The notes under the pieces were generated by a model. It saw only the letters and a program-made list of their open reading frames with translations. It was not told where the DNA came from and made no database searches. Below, in pieces: positions 64,000 to 64,000 of a DNA stretch of 64,000 nucleotides (position 1 is its first letter; the number at the start of each line of letters is the position of its first letter). The position numbers and the translations under genes are program-made. This stretch comes from Diadema antillarum (taxonomy: Eukaryota). The DNA is taken from the NCBI RefSeq assembly GCF_040938485.1, contig NW_027271051.1:1488001-1552000 (forward strand). Direction: 5' to 3'.

Positions 64000-64000
64000 T

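Overview
AT-rich, intron-containing eukaryotic scaffold with three N-gaps, many microsatellites and MITEs. The repeat content (a Hero retroelement, TA- and TTAA-flanked MITEs, frequent TAGGCCTA) suggests a marine deuterostome invertebrate, most likely a sea urchin; this is inference. No prokaryotic features, CRISPR arrays, rRNA or tRNA were recognised. Two host genes can be built by hand with phase-compatible GT-AG splice sites. (1) A + strand, 5'-truncated EGF plus divergent YWTD beta-propeller (LDL-receptor/LRP-like) gene with five clear exons at 291-10827 and doubtful exons beyond. (2) A complete five-exon TFAP4 (AP-4, bHLH-ZIP) orthologue at 45312-54856 (390 aa). The most unusual object is a 6.4-kb TA-flanked element with perfect 23-bp TIRs (2568-8934) inside intron 3 of the LRP-like gene. 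It carries what looks like an antisense multi-exon transcription unit: CCAAT promoter, CpG-poor body, three frame-preserving exons, but no intact ORF. Other points: a cluster of six AP-4 sites (CAGCTG) and two MYC-type E-boxes around TFAP4 exon 1, a recursive-splice-like AG|GTGAGT at the last TFAP4 coding exon, a Hero RLE fragment, an orphan 189-codon ORF, and enriched TA-N4-TA palindromes resembling excision footprints. All calls were made by eye; no database searches were run.
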